64,000 nt of DNA from Cetorhinus maximus (lineage: Eukaryota), in assembly GCF_964194155.1 (NCBI RefSeq), contig NC_135892.1, forward strand, positions 79,174,001 through 79,238,000, written 5' to 3'. The translations under genes were made by a program, and so were the position numbers. Of the stretch, positions 10,051 through 22,325 are shown in pieces (within the stretch, counting starts at the first letter, position 1; each line of letters starts with the position of its first letter). The notes under the pieces are model-generated. The model was given only the letters and a program-made list of their open reading frames with translations, made no database searches and had not been told where the DNA came from.

Positions 10051-12860
10051 CAATATCTAAGTTATCAGTCCAAGGGGCGTAAACATTTCAAAATTTACCT
10101 TGTACCTGCAAGGGTCTAGTCCACAATCCAACAGGCCACATCCAATGGCTCAATAGACTTGGTATTTACTGGACCTAGCACTTAAGGTGCTATTCTAATT
10201 TCCAATTCTCCTGCCATGCACCCATTAAGACTTACTGTGGAATACATAATATGGGCAATGGACCTTTGGTCTTGTATATTTGTAGTCATGTTGTGAGGAT
10301 TGGATCAGGTTTGACAGAAACAGTCATCCTCCACCCATAGTCAACTAGCCAGCTGATACTGTGCATTTACCGCTCGGCAGGAAATGGGAGGGCTTTTAAT
10401 ACAGCATTATTTTTAGGCAGTAATTAGGCTGCAGTAAGTAATGGAATACAGTAATGTCAATTTGTTATGGGACCACTGCACTAGAGCAGAAAATGACAGG
10501 ACAGAATATCTTCTTTAGCAAATGTGGGCACAGCCTCACTAATGATGCTAATGTAGCAAAGAGACCTCAAGCTATCCTGAACCAGTTGCCTGGACCTATG
10601 TAAAAATATACTGGGGATGACTTTCCTCTGATCTTCCTTCTTGATATAGGATTATTGTTGAATCCTTACTACATTTCCACACTATATAATTGAGATCAGA
10701 CTCTGAAAATGAGCAAATGCAAACTCTGTTCTAGTACAGCAATGTTGCTGCTTCTCACCGAAACTATGATTTAATACCAAATCTTCCAAAATAAAATTCT
10801 GAGAAGTATTTTTACTAGAAACATTCATCGTACTTCTACACCTACTAGTAACTTTCGTTAGCTTGGTTTCATTTGATTCCTGTTTGGAACACAGACTAAA
10901 CAATCTTTTGAAAACAGTACTTGTTGATTAGCTGTCATATTCAATTTTCTATTTTCATTACTTCACTTTGGTGAGGTAATCAGTAGTTCCTTTACACGAC
11001 TAGGAAACAACCAATGTTGTCATCCGATTCTTCGACTTTTGCAAATTTCTCTTTATTGGTCCAGTTTCTCTTTGGTTTCCCCTCCTGAGGCAGCAAGGTT
11101 AAGTGGGATGTGACTCTGAAACAAGACTATGGACCGGAAGTCAACCTGGCCTTCTCTCTCCACAGATCTACTCTACTGATGTTTCCTGCAGTTTCTGTTT
11201 TTATCAGATAAGCAGCATCTGCAGAATATTGATTATTTTAAAGGGGGATAACTATATAAAATATTTTGAAAACTCATTTTTTTGTACAAAATTGTACCTA
11301 ACATTACATGTTCAACTAACCAAACAAAATGGGCAGAATACCTATTAAGGATGGTGGCAGGTCCCTGAGGGCTCACAGCTCTGGAGCCTCTGCAGTTCCA
11401 CTGGAAGAGGTGGGCACTGCTGAGGCAGACTGGGTTCCATGAAGGTGCTTCAGCATAGCTTGGTGCTCCCACCCACCACAGCCTCCAATGAGCTGGTGGT
11501 TTTCACCCTTGGCTGCTCCACTGGTGGGCAAGTCCTGGTGATGCCCCTAATTAGGCCTTTATTATTCTAGGCCTGTGGAGTAGATAGCCAATTCTGCTCC
11601 CAGCCTGTCCCTGGGACATTCCCCCAAAATGGAATAGGCCCATAAGGCATTAATAAAATGAAGGATGAAATTTAAATAGGTGGAAAAGATGATAATTAAG
11701 GAAAAGGTGCATATGTTTTTACATCAAATATAGTTTAACTATTTAGCTTTCATAGTTTAAGATTATTGTATTGACAATATCAATTGTGGAGGAGCCTTAT
11801 AGGATGAAATTAATATTCCCCTCCTTCCTCTTCATCCGCCCCTCACCACAATTTCAGTGCAGTAGGTGAAAATTCTCAAAACTAATGTAGCCAGACAGCT
11901 TCCCTGAAGTCTAAGCTAGAACATAGTTGAAATTTATTCCCACTAGTAAGGTAAATTAAACACGGGGTCACGTACCAGAACTGGTCACCTTGAGTGATAT
12001 TGGGCCTCATTTTAATAAGTCCAATGAGAAATCAAAAATAAGCACGAGATGAACTTCAGGCCACAGTGACGCCACCAACAGCTCTCAGGTGGAGCCTGGA
12101 GAAGGCAGTCGGAATGGGGCAGAGCAAAGGCTGCTAGTGGTCCAACCATTGCTTCTCCTCTCGTCTTTACGTGGAAACAATTTTATAGTTGAAATTTAAT
12201 ATGCATTGAAGACCTCCAACAGTTCCTTTTAAGTACAACGGGTTAAACTGTTGTAGAGCCGGAAATACAAAACTAGTCAGAGCTTGTATGGTGCAAGTCT
12301 GCTCAATCTTTGACCTCTTATTAAATCTATTGGCAGGAAACACCTCTAGAGCACCAATATGGTGTTGGACTTGCTTTCACTCCTATTCAGACAGAGGTTG
12401 GCCTCCCACATTGGACCTCTGCATCTTTTTTTCCATCTGCAAGACATGTACAATGTGGTTCAATTTCAACCCTTGTAGATTTGTGTTGGCAGATATTGAC
12501 CCTATAGAAAGTCGATATTGACCCTATAGAAAATCAAAAGCAAGCTAGTTAAAGATGGTCAGAATCACCAAGTGACAGAAGACTTTTTAATTTCATCTAT
12601 TACTGTTATGCATGCTAAAATTAGTTTAAATTATTCTTTATCATCTACATTCCAACAGTATGATAACTAACATGTCAATAGAAACTCAAACACAAGAACA
12701 AAACGTTGACAAGGTTACATTGCATGTACCATTGTCATAGACAAGATACTTCACAATAAAACGTGCGAATTTGTACAAGTTGAGCTTCAACACATACCAA
12801 TTACTGTCCGACAAATAGGACCAAAAATTAAATAAGTTGCCTTTCTTTTAGTCCGTGAAA

Positions 12861-12866
12861 TTTATT
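12861..12866 (-). terminator. Candidate TBCC polyadenylation signal AATAAA
   Basis: TTTATT on + strand, about 90 nt downstream of the TBCC stop codon. Confidence 0.45.
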
Positions 12867-12952
12867 TTATATTCAAGTATAGGAACAGCTGCAATTAAGT
12901 CACGACATTCTCCGATTGCTCAGCAAACACTGACTTCTGGCACGTGATAGAT

Positions 12953-13999
12953 TTATGGCGCTAAGATTTCGTCCCAATCAGTTATTCGAGACTCTTCAGC
13001 CAAAATACTCCAGTTAGGGGAATGGTCAGAGGCGAGCCAATTGAAATCGTCAATAATATTCCAATTGTTTTTCGTTCTGTCTAAGCCTGCCAGCTCAAAA
13101 TCCTTTTCAATGCCTTCGTACTTCCAGTTAAACGGAGCAAAGGAAACTCCAGTACAATCTTCTACGATGGCTCTGCTGGTCACGTGCAAATACACATTTG
13201 CATCCTTAGTATTATGCGTTCGCAGCTGCTGACAAGCGAAGGCAAACGTGCAGCCAATGGACTGGTCAATGAACACTGAGGTAGAGACAGGTCCGCACAA
13301 CACCTTGGAATTGGTGACATTCTTGACATGCAGTGTGTTGGGCGAGCCGAGTAGCTTCACCACGCAGTTGGACAACCTAGTCAACAACACGTCTTTCCCA
13401 GTGATCTCGTCCGCCCGCCGGACCAACACCTGAGAGTCGGCGTCCGAAAAGCCGCAGAGGTTTTCCTCGATCACTGTGGGGTCGCTGGGTTTGTTGTCGG
13501 ATGGGGAATCGGCGGGTTTGGGCTCTTTGGGGCCGGCACCTTCCTTTCTGCGGGATTTGAAAGCGAATTTCTTCTTGGGTAGACATTCCTCCCTCTTCTC
13601 CACCACCATCCCTTGCAACTTCTGCACGGCGTCCTGGGCCTGGCGCAGCTCGTAGGCAGACAGGAACATCATGCTGTCGTTCACGAACTTCTGCAGCTGC
13701 TGCATCTTCCGCGAGATCTCCTCGAAGCGGGTGCTCAGCGCGGTTCTGTCGCTGCCTTCGCAGCTTTCCAGCAGCGCTTCGATCTTCGCCTTCTCCTCAG
13801 AAAACGCCGCGGTGAAGAAGTTGGACTTTTCCTCCTTCACGCTAGTCACATCTTTGGCCATTTTCCTCCTCTCCACCTCCAGCTGCCTCTCTTGGTCCCT
13901 CCGCTGCAGGATCTCCACCATCTTCTCTTTCCGTCGGTCATATTCCGGGATTTCTTCCGTTAAATTCTCTCTGTTCTCGCTCTCCCCCACCAGCGCCAT
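12953..13999 (-). CDS. TBCC: Tubulin-specific chaperone C (cofactor C), intronless, 348 aa
   Basis: N-terminal helical region, PKKKFAFKSR motif, and a C-CAP/cofactor C domain with CGPVSTSVF, ACQQLRTH, LHVTSRAIVEDC, DDFNWLA..SPNW. Single uninterrupted ORF. Confidence 0.97.
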   Translation of the reverse strand: MALVGESENRENLTEEIPEYDRRKEKMVEILQRRDQERQLEVERRKMAKDVTSVKEEKSNFFTAAFSEEKAKIEALLESCEGSDRTALSTRFEEISRKMQQLQKFVNDSMMFLSAYELRQAQDAVQKLQGMVVEKREECLPKKKFAFKSRRKEGAGPKEPKPADSPSDNKPSDPTVIEENLCGFSDADSQVLVRRADEITGKDVLLTRLSNCVVKLLGSPNTLHVKNVTNSKVLCGPVSTSVFIDQSIGCTFAFACQQLRTHNTKDANVYLHVTSRAIVEDCTGVSFAPFNWKYEGIEKDFELAGLDRTKNNWNIIDDFNWLASDHSPNWSILAEESRITDWDEILAP

Positions 14000-14150
14000 T
14001 TTGAACCGTTTCTAAACGAACCCTTAGCAACGAGCCATTTCATTGGTCCCATCTCAGTCGGGTGCCCGCCCCCTTTGCATCATTTATTCTGATTGGGTGG
14101 TAGCTTGGTTCAAAGGGCGATGGGTGCGGCTCTGCTAATGATAGATTGGA
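13994..14150 (-). promoter_or_regulatory. TBCC housekeeping promoter (CCAAT x3, GC box, YY1 motif over the ATG)
   Basis: ATTGG at 14042, 14092 and 14145. CCCGCCCC at about 14065-14072. CGCCATTTT at 13994-14002 overlaps the start codon. Confidence 0.65.
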
Positions 14151-14735
14151 ATCTAAACAATAGGGACATTTTATAATACAAAAGTACAATGCTGCAGATG
14201 CTGGGATATGTTAAATAAAAACAGAAATAGAAAATACTGGAATACTCAGCAGATCAGAATGCATCTGCGGAGAGAAACAGAGTCAACATTTCATATCGAT
14301 GAGCTTTCACCAGATCTGAGGGAAAGATGTAATAGGATTTCAGCCAGTGAAAATGTGTGAGGAAGAACAGGGTCTGTTAAAGGGTCACTGGAGAGATTAA
14401 ATGACAAAAGGTTTCATAGTACCAAAGGGAATGAAACGGGGAAAATAAAGAAACAACCAAGTGTGTCCAGAAGAAGTGCGAGTGGCTGCATAGTTGACGT
14501 CGAAATGCAGTGAAGGAATAAAGAAAGAAACCAGAAAAAACAAACCAAAATACAACATGAAATGAAATAAAATGGGGGCAGAGGTTATGATCTAAAATTG
14601 CCGAATTCATTATTGAGTCCAGAAGGCTGTAGAGTTAAAAACAAAAAAACTACTGCGGATGCTGGAAATCCAAAACAAAAACAGAATTACCTGGAAAAAC
14701 TCAGCAGGTCTGGCAGCATCGGCGGAGAAGAAAAG

Positions 14736-14774
14736 AGTTGACGTTTCGAGTCCTCATGACCCTTCAGCAGAACT
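14736..14774 (-). ncRNA. Minimal type I hammerhead ribozyme motif (A6C variant)
   Basis: Minus strand AGTT-CTGCTGA-A-GGGTC-ATGAG-GACTC-GAAAC-GTC-AACT. Stem I AGTT/AACT, stem II, and a palindromic ACGT in place of helix III. Confidence 0.7.
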
Positions 14775-15898
14775 GAGTAAAGTTAGGAGAGGGGTGAAAT
14801 ATAAGCTGGTTTGGGAGGGGGAGAGAAGTGGGGGGGGGGGGGAGGTGGTTGTAGGGACAAGCAAGCAGTGATAGGAGCAGATAATCAAAAGATGTCACAG
14901 ACAAAGGAACAAAGACAAAGTGTAAAAGGTGGTGATATTATCTAAGAGAATGTGCTAATTAAGAATGGATGGCAGGTACTCAAGGTACAGCTCTAGTGGG
15001 GGTGGGGTGGGGTGGAAAGACTGACAGGGCATTACAGTTATAGATTTAAAAATAATGGAAATAGGTGGGAAAAGAAAAATTTCTTTGCATTGGGAACAAT
15101 GAATGCACCCCTATTCCTCAACCCCCACCTCTGGCACCTCCCCATGCCCACGCAGAAGATGCAACACCTGCTCCTTCACTTCCTCTCTCCTCACCGTCCA
15201 AGGGCCCAAACACTCCTTTCAAGTGAAGCAGCATTTCACTTGCATTTCCCCTAACTTAGTCTACTGCATTCGTTGCTCCCAATGCGGTCTCCTCTACATT
15301 GGAGAGACCAAACGCAAACTGGGCGACCGCTTTGCAGAACACCTTCGGTCTGTACGCAAGAAAGACCCAAACCTCCCTGTCGCTTGCCATTTTAACACTC
15401 CACCCTGCTCTCTTGCCCATATGTCTGTCCTTGGCTTGCTGCATTGTTCCAGTGAAGCCCAATGCAAACTGGAGGAACAGCACCTCATCTTCCGACTAGG
15501 CACTTTACAGCCTTCCGGACTAAATATTGAATTCAACAACTTTAGATCTTGAACTCCCTCCCCCATCCCCACCCCCTTTCCGTTTCTTCCCCCTCCCTTT
15601 TGTTTTTTCCAATAATTTATATAAATTTTTCTTTTCCCACCTATTTCCATTATTTTTAAATCTATAACTGTAATGCCCTGTCAGTCTTTCCACCCCACCC
15701 CCACTAGAGCTGTACCTTGAGTGTCCTGCCATCCATTCTTAATTAGCACATTCTCTTAGATAATATCACCACCTTTTACACTTTGTCTTTGTTCCTTTGT
15801 CTGTGACATCTTTTGATTATCTGCTCCTATCACTGCTTGCTGGTCCCCCCACCCCCCCTTAAACCAGCTTATATTTCACCCCTCTCCTAACTTTACTC

Positions 15899-15937
15899 AG
15901 TTCTGCTGAAGGGTCATGAGGACTCGAAACATCGACT
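15899..15937 (+). ncRNA. Minimal hammerhead ribozyme motif (opposite arm)
   Basis: AGTT-CTGCTGA-A-GGGTC-ATGAG-GACTC-GAAAC-ATC-GACT. Confidence 0.6.
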
Positions 15938-16919
15938 CTTTTCTTCTCTGCCGATGCTGCCAGGCTGTAGAGTGTTAAGTTGAAAGACGGGTGGTGCTGT
16001 TCCTCAAGCTTGCATTGAGATTCATGAGACACAAAAGATAGGAAGATCAAAATGGAAGCAAGGTGGAAAATTGAAATGACAAGTGTCAGGATCATGTTTG
16101 CAGACTAAACGGAGGTGTTCCGCAAAGCGGTCATACAGCCTGCATTTGTTCTCCCCAGTATAGACGAGACCGCATTGTGAGCAGTGAATACAGTATATTA
16201 AATTGAAAGTAGTACAAGTAAATTGCTGTTTCATTTGGAAGGAGTGTGTGGGGCCTTGATGAGAAGGGAGAAGGTAAAATGACAGGTGTTGCATCTCCTG
16301 GAAAGGTAGGAAAGGGAGAGGGTGTTGGGAATGACAGGAGTGAATCAGGGTGTCGTGGAGGGAAGGGTCCCTTCAGAATGCTGAAAGGTGAGTGGAAGAT
16401 GTATTTGGTGGTGGCTGCACGCTGTGGTTGGCCGAAATGTCGGCGATGATCTGTTGAGAAGAGGTTGGTGGGATGGAAGGTGAGAACAAGGGAACCCTAT
16501 CATATTTGTGGGAGGGAAGGGATGGGGTGAGAGCAGAAGTGCATGAAATAGGTTGGACACGGTGGAGGATCCTATCAACCACTTTGGAGGGGGATGGAAT
16601 GGTGGGGAGATCCCCGGTTGAGGAAAAATAAGACATATTGAAAATGCTACTTTAGAAGGTTACCTCATCTGAGCATGTGCGACGGATGGAGAAACTGGGA
16701 GAATGGAATTCTTACAGAAAGTGGGTTGTGATGAAGTGTAGTCAAAGTAGCTGTGGGAGTCATGGGCTTGTCGTGAATTTGTAGTGTGAGGCCATTTTAT
16801 AAACCTCTTGATTTGATCTGTAGGGTGACAGTAAGTTACCCTATGCCACCAAAAGGGAACATAAAATTGTAACAAGTGTTCTTGGGCACTACTAGTACAT
16901 TGACCAAACAATTAGTCAT

Positions 16920-17905
16920 AACGAGTTCAGAATAAACTTCTTCATCCAAAGAGAGGTAAAAATGTGGAACTTTCTACAACGGAGTGGTTGAAGTGAATAG
17001 TACAGATGTATTGAAGAGGAAACTGGACAAGTATTTGGAGAAAGGAATAGATGGTTACGATGGTAAATTTAGATGGGAAAAGGTGGGGAGGCTTGAGTAG
17101 AGCATAAACATTGGCATGGACTGGTTAGGCTGAATGGCCTGTTTCTGTGCTATATATCCTTTCCAATTCTATGTAAAATAATAGGCATGGCCACTGGAGC
17201 AACAAATACAAATTAAATTATAAGATCGTGAGTGTCCAAAATACATTCCATACCCTGTGGTGCCCACCAGCCGTACAACGAAGCACATTTATAACAGGTG
17301 ATGGATGTGCTTATTTCAGTGTTTTATTTACAATATAGTGATGCAATAATTTTAATACTGAATCATAGAATGATATAGCACAGAAGGAGACCATTTGGGC
17401 CACCATTGTGTCTGTATCAGCTTTTTGACAGAGTGATCGAATTAGTTTTGCCTCCGCCCCCTCCCCTGCTCTTTCCCCATAGCACTCCAACTTTTTCTGC
17501 CAAGTATTTATCTAATTCCCTTTTGAAAGTTATTATTGAATCTGCTTACATCACCCTTCAGACAATGTATTCCAGATCATAAATATTTGCTGCAGAAAAA
17601 ATGTTTTTTTCATGTCACCTTTGGTTCCTTTGCTAATTACCTTAACTGTGTTCTCCAGTTACTGACCCTTTTGCCACTTGAAACAGTTTCTCCTATTTAG
17701 TCTCAAAATCATCCATGGTTTTGAACAGCACTATAAATTTTCATTTAAGCTATAAGGGGGAAAATATTTCTCAACATAACTGAAGTCTTTCATCCTTGTT
17801 ATCATTTTAGTAAATTTCCTCTCCCCCTCTCTAAGGCCATGACATCCTTCCTAATGTATGGTGCCCTGAATGGGACGCAGCCCACCAGCTTGGGCCTAAC
17901 AGATT
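16920..17905. mobile_element. Two CR1 3' fragments (+ 16920-17175; - 17360-17905)
   Basis: CR1 3'UTR signature GGCTGAATGGCCTGTTTCTGTGCT...ATTCTATG, and its reverse complement starting AATCATAGAATG. Confidence 0.7.
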
Positions 17906-18174
17906 TCATAAAATGATTACAACTTGACAGGTCTACCACCTCATACTGGGTATCTTTTTGCTAAAATTCAAACTAGTTAGGAGGGGAGGATCATAGACTG
18001 TGATTGCTTTGCTGAAATTGAAAATCCCATTAACTGCAAGTTACATTCATGGCTAAGGTGGGCTGAGAGGAAATGCTTAGTCATGATGCTCCAACCATCA
18101 TGTGTGCAGCTGGCTGGATGGCGCAGGTGATATGTTCCTCCTTGCTGGATGTAGGATGAGTTGTGGGCACTACA

Positions 18175-18850
18175 GCTATAACAACTTGTATTTAACTTTA
18201 TTGTAAAAACAGCCCAAGGTTATATTACATTACATTATAAAGCAAAATTGGACACTGAGACACATAAGATGATATATGGGCAGAAGGCCAAAAGCTTGCT
18301 CAGAGGGGCAGGTTTTAAGGAGTATCTTAAAGGAGGAAAGAGAGGTAGAGAGGCACAGAAGTTCAGGGAAGAAATTCCAGAGTTAGGGTCTAAGCAATAA
18401 AGGGTCACCAGGGTGGAGACATTAAAATTGGGTATGCGCAAGAGACCACAATTAGATGAGTGCAGGTACCTTAAAGGGTTGTGGGGCTGGTGGAGTTTAC
18501 AGAGCTATAGAGGGATGATGCCATGAAGGGACTTGAAAAGAAGGATGAGCCTTTTAAAATCAAGGCATTGCTTAATGGCAAGTCAGGATAAATCAGCGAG
18601 CATAGGGTTGATGGGTGAATGGGACTGGTACAAGTAGGGACATGGACAAGAAATGTCAAGTTTACGGTAGGTTGAATGTGGGGGTCTGCCAGGAGTGCAC
18701 TGGAATAAAGGCATGGATGTGGGTTTCAGCAGCAGATGCGCTGAAGCTAAATGGAGCTGGGCGATGCGGGCAGTTTCAGTAATATGTATATATATGCATG
18801 CATATGTGGTCAGTTCATCTTGGGTCAAATATGACACCTGTGTTGCAAAG
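18175..18850 (-). mobile_element. L2-clade LINE 3' fragment
   Basis: Reverse-complement similarity to 30100-30650, with an L2-type tail AACAACTTGTATTT. Confidence 0.6.
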
Positions 18851-19129
18851 CCAGTAAAGTGACAGAATACAGCTGCATCCAAAAATCAGCTCTCCAAAGC
18901 TACCTAGTATTAAAAACATTGCTAATTCAGTCAAGGTATCGATCCAAAATCCCTAGCAGCCAATAATGTTTATCCAGAGCCTTAGCTTAATGGAGATAGG
19001 GATCTGTTCTTCAGTCTGCTTCCTGAGTTGCCATGTTTGTTTTCTCTTGGTGGGTTTAAGAATGATTGAATCAAATGCTCCTCGACACCAATTTCTCAAA
19101 GGCATTCTATTTCAAGTGCAGACCCCTAT

Positions 19130-19603
19130 TTCACAGAATCACAGTGCAGAAGAGGCTCTTCGGCCCATCGAGTCTGCACCGACATGTGAGAAACACCTGA
19201 TCTACTACCTAATCCCATTTACCAGCACTTGGCCCATAGCCTTGAATGTTATCACATGCCAAGTGCTCATCCAGGTACTTTTTAAAGGATGTGAGGCAAC
19301 CCACCTCCACCACCCTCCCAGGCAGTGCATTCCAGACCATCACGACCCTCTGGGTAAAAATGTTTTTCGTCACATCCCTCCTAAACCTCCTGCCCCTCAC
19401 CTTGAACTTATGCCCCCTTGTGACTGACCCTTCAACTAAGGGGAACAGCTGCTCCCTATCCACCCTGTCCATGCCCCTAAGAATCTTGTACACCTCGATC
19501 AGGTCGCCCCTTAGTCTTCTCTGCTCCAACGAAAACAACCCAAGTCTATCCAACCTCTCTTCATAACTTAAATGTTTCATCCCAGGCAACATCCTGGTGA
19601 ATT
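19130..19603 (-). mobile_element. Young CR1 3' fragment
   Basis: Open frame FTRMLPGMKHLSYEERLDRLGLFSLEQRRLRGDLIEVYKILRGMDRVD...TRGHKFKV...WNALP. Confidence 0.9.
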
Positions 19604-19669
19604 TAATTAGTTTAATGAGCCCAGCATTCATGGCAGGTGGCTGCCAGGGATGGCTAAGAAGCACCTTAA

Positions 19670-20033
19670 CCAATATGTAGAGGTTATATTACTGGATTAA
19701 TAATAGAGAAATGAGAGTTCAAATCCCATCATGGCAGTTTGAAAATTGAATTCAGTTTTTAAAATTTGCAAATTAAATGCTGGTATCAATAAAAGTGACC
19801 ATGCTATCATTGGATTGTCATCAAAAAGTGAATTGCTTCACGATTGTACTTTGGGAATGGAAACCTGTTATCTTTGCTTTGTCTGGCCATTTTGTGACTC
19901 CAACCCCACCCTAATATGGTTTGATTCTTAACCGCACTTTGAGTAGCTACCGCATCACCCAGTTCAGGGCAACTAGGTATGGGTAATAAATGCCAGCCTT
20001 GGCATTGATGCCCACATCCCAAGCAGAAATAAA
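19670..20033 (+). mobile_element. HE1-like tRNA-derived SINE (other copies: + 44445-44822; - 48645-49028; - 52955-53320)
   Basis: GAGTTCAAATCCC B box and tail GGG.ATGGGCAATAAATGCTGGCC...CACATCCC shared among four copies. The family name is from recall of shark SINEs. Confidence 0.65.
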
Positions 20034-21899
20034 ATATGGTGACAACTGAATTTTATGTACACTTCTTGCATGGTACATCCCCCCACAAATGTTATATATG
20101 AAAACTAGATGAAACATAAATGAATTTCTACACCGACTATTCCGAAACAGACACTAGGATTGCAGAGCTATTATGTAAGTATGCTTTTCTTGATAATGTG
20201 GACCACGGATGTGCCAGAGGCTAAATTAATAATAAAGGACCAGACACTAAATTCTTTTAATTCAAAATCTGGTTCATATATGCTTTAAAAAACAAAAATT
20301 CTGAAACTGAGAAAATATATAATCAAAAAGGTAGCATACTTAGAGTAGGTTAAGATTATAAAGTAATCACATCATGGTTTTGATATCGCTCAATGTCTGA
20401 TGCCCAAGTCTAAAGAGCTACGTTAATAGAGACCTTATAAGTTGTGCCTTCTTATGGCTTATCAGCAAGGATGGCACCAGTAGTTTACTCCTGATAAATT
20501 TGAAGTTTGTTTTGCATAAAAAAATGATTATCCACTCATTTGAAAGCAAACCAATGAAGTTGGGGTAGAAGTTTAGAGCAAACAGGTATTTTTAAAAAAA
20601 CCAGATAATTCAAATTAAACAACTTTAAATTGAGTAGACTGTAAAAAAAAAATTTAATCACCTCATAAATTCCAAAATCCTATGGATAATGTTTTACAAT
20701 GATTAGTATGTACAGGGATGTTAGCTGGATTACCAGATAAGGGCGAGTACAGATGATGCACAACGCTGTATATAATAGAACTTAAAATTGTTATTCAGCT
20801 ATTAGATTTCTATGGCTTATATTAAGTTTTCTTTCCAAGTTTTCTTTCATATAAGCTTTCTTTTGAGATTTATTGCAGATTCATAAGATGTCTATCATGT
20901 TGCAATAAAGTCAGTGTCATCTTGGAATCTTTGTGAAAATAAGAGATTAGCCTTTCCTTGAACTAATAAATTTAGAGGTGAAAGTTCATTTTGAACTTGT
21001 TAAATAAAATGCATCCTTTAAAGCTATGCTTTTGGAATGAAACTACTTTGTGTAAGGGCAGTGTATCTGCAGTTATAACTGCTAATCTTTTGATTTATTA
21101 TGTTTCTACCAAAATGGTCATTCTGCTGTTAGATGTCTAACCGTATGATTTTTTAAAGGGGCAGCAGAAAGACCAGTAGGATATGCATATTGGTCATTGA
21201 CATCTGGAGAAAGAGATAGGAAAGACAGCATTAGCTATCATAATTGGCCTATATAAATTTTACCAATATTTGCACAGTAGGAAGGCAGTAATTATGGGCC
21301 ACACATACTGGTGCCAAAAAGAGGGATTCTAGTCTAGCTACTTCTACACTAAGAGGGCTGGAGTCAGCTTATTATTGTGATATCAAGTGCAAATCTAGCA
21401 AGTAAAATGCTGATGGTTTATACAAAATCTGAGAACATTACCTTCCTTTTGACAAGAAGGCAGTTAAATATCGCTCAGTTATAAAACTTTCCAATAACAT
21501 CAAGTACAAAGCTGTGAATCTACACCTAAAGAAATACGTTTATCACAAAACTTGCATTTCATATTTAAAACTTGACAGATCAGAATGAACTCAAGAAGGC
21601 TACTTGATATGAAGTGTTCTAATTAATTAGCAGTTTAGTGTCAAGGTCAAGTACTGCATGCTTCCTATGAAAACCATATTGGCACTGTGTACATGAAAAC
21701 TTTCTCCAAGCTGCACAGTGATTGAATGATATGTGATTATCCATTTTCTCAAATCAGTCAAACTCTGAGTTGCTGAGTTTGGTTTTCAATACCATAGAAA
21801 TAGGACTGATATTGATTATTATTCCATTTATTAATTGAAGTGTTTTTAATACTAACAAATTTCCAAAGCATTGATCAAGTAGTCTGGGGTCTGGTTGTG

Positions 21900-22310
21900 A
21901 TGCTTAGGTGGATGCTAGATCCGAGTAACACTAATATGCCATCCAAAATAATAAGTGTTACCATGAATGCACTGAGAATTTTTTTTCAACATCATTGTGT
22001 ACCAGAAATAATCTTATGCAATGGTCTTTGCTTTACATCCCCAATGTATGCCAGATTTCTACAGCATAAAGAGATGCAGCATTTCTTACCATTCCAGTTT
22101 GAATGGAGAGGCAGCAAACTTTGTTAGACCATTCTAATGTGACAGAGTCAGACACAATTACTCTGATGTTCTCCATTATATCTTTTTAAACAAGTCACAC
22201 AGTACCAACAAATGCATGCCTACTAAATTATTGTTTGGTAGATGGCTGTATATGTGATAAGATATAATGCAGCTAACTTTAGGTTGCTGTTCAAAAGCAG
22301 GCCAAACTTG
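21900..22310 (+). mobile_element. Highly decayed Gypsy integrase fragment
   Basis: TMNALRIFFQHHCVPEIILCNGLCFTSPMYARFLQHKEMQH resembles the rve core (..HGLPE..SDNG.QFTS..F..FL). Confidence 0.5.
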
Positions 22311-22325
22311 CAAATTAAATACTAA

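Larger units (their letters stand above)
14636..15961 (+). mobile_element. Young Penelope-like element with long inverted terminal arms and an intact GIY-YIG segment
   Basis: ORF 15103-15552 NLVYCIRCSQCGLLYIGETKRKLGDRFAEH...GLNIEFNNFRS. About 14712-15082 is the reverse complement of about 15622-15961. 12-bp TSD AGGCTGTAGAGT at 14624-14635 and 15962-15973. Confidence 0.92.
14180..16790 (-). mobile_element. Old Penelope-like element (diverged subfamily), interrupted by a younger PLE
   Basis: Minus-strand NLIYCIHCSQCGLVYTGENKCRLYDRFAEH (16022-16294) and HSYFDYTSS (RT/thumb region). PLE-type 3' end at 14180-14330 with a degenerate hammerhead at about 14281-14320. Confidence 0.8.

Noticed and set aside
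12492-12532. CRISPR-like repeat-spacer
   Set aside because: Only two units with a 3-bp spacer, in a eukaryotic context with no cas genes.
13041-14015. Antisense and alternative-frame ORFs over TBCC (and likewise over PRPH2)
   Set aside because: These are shadow ORFs of GC-rich coding sequence with no recognisable motifs.
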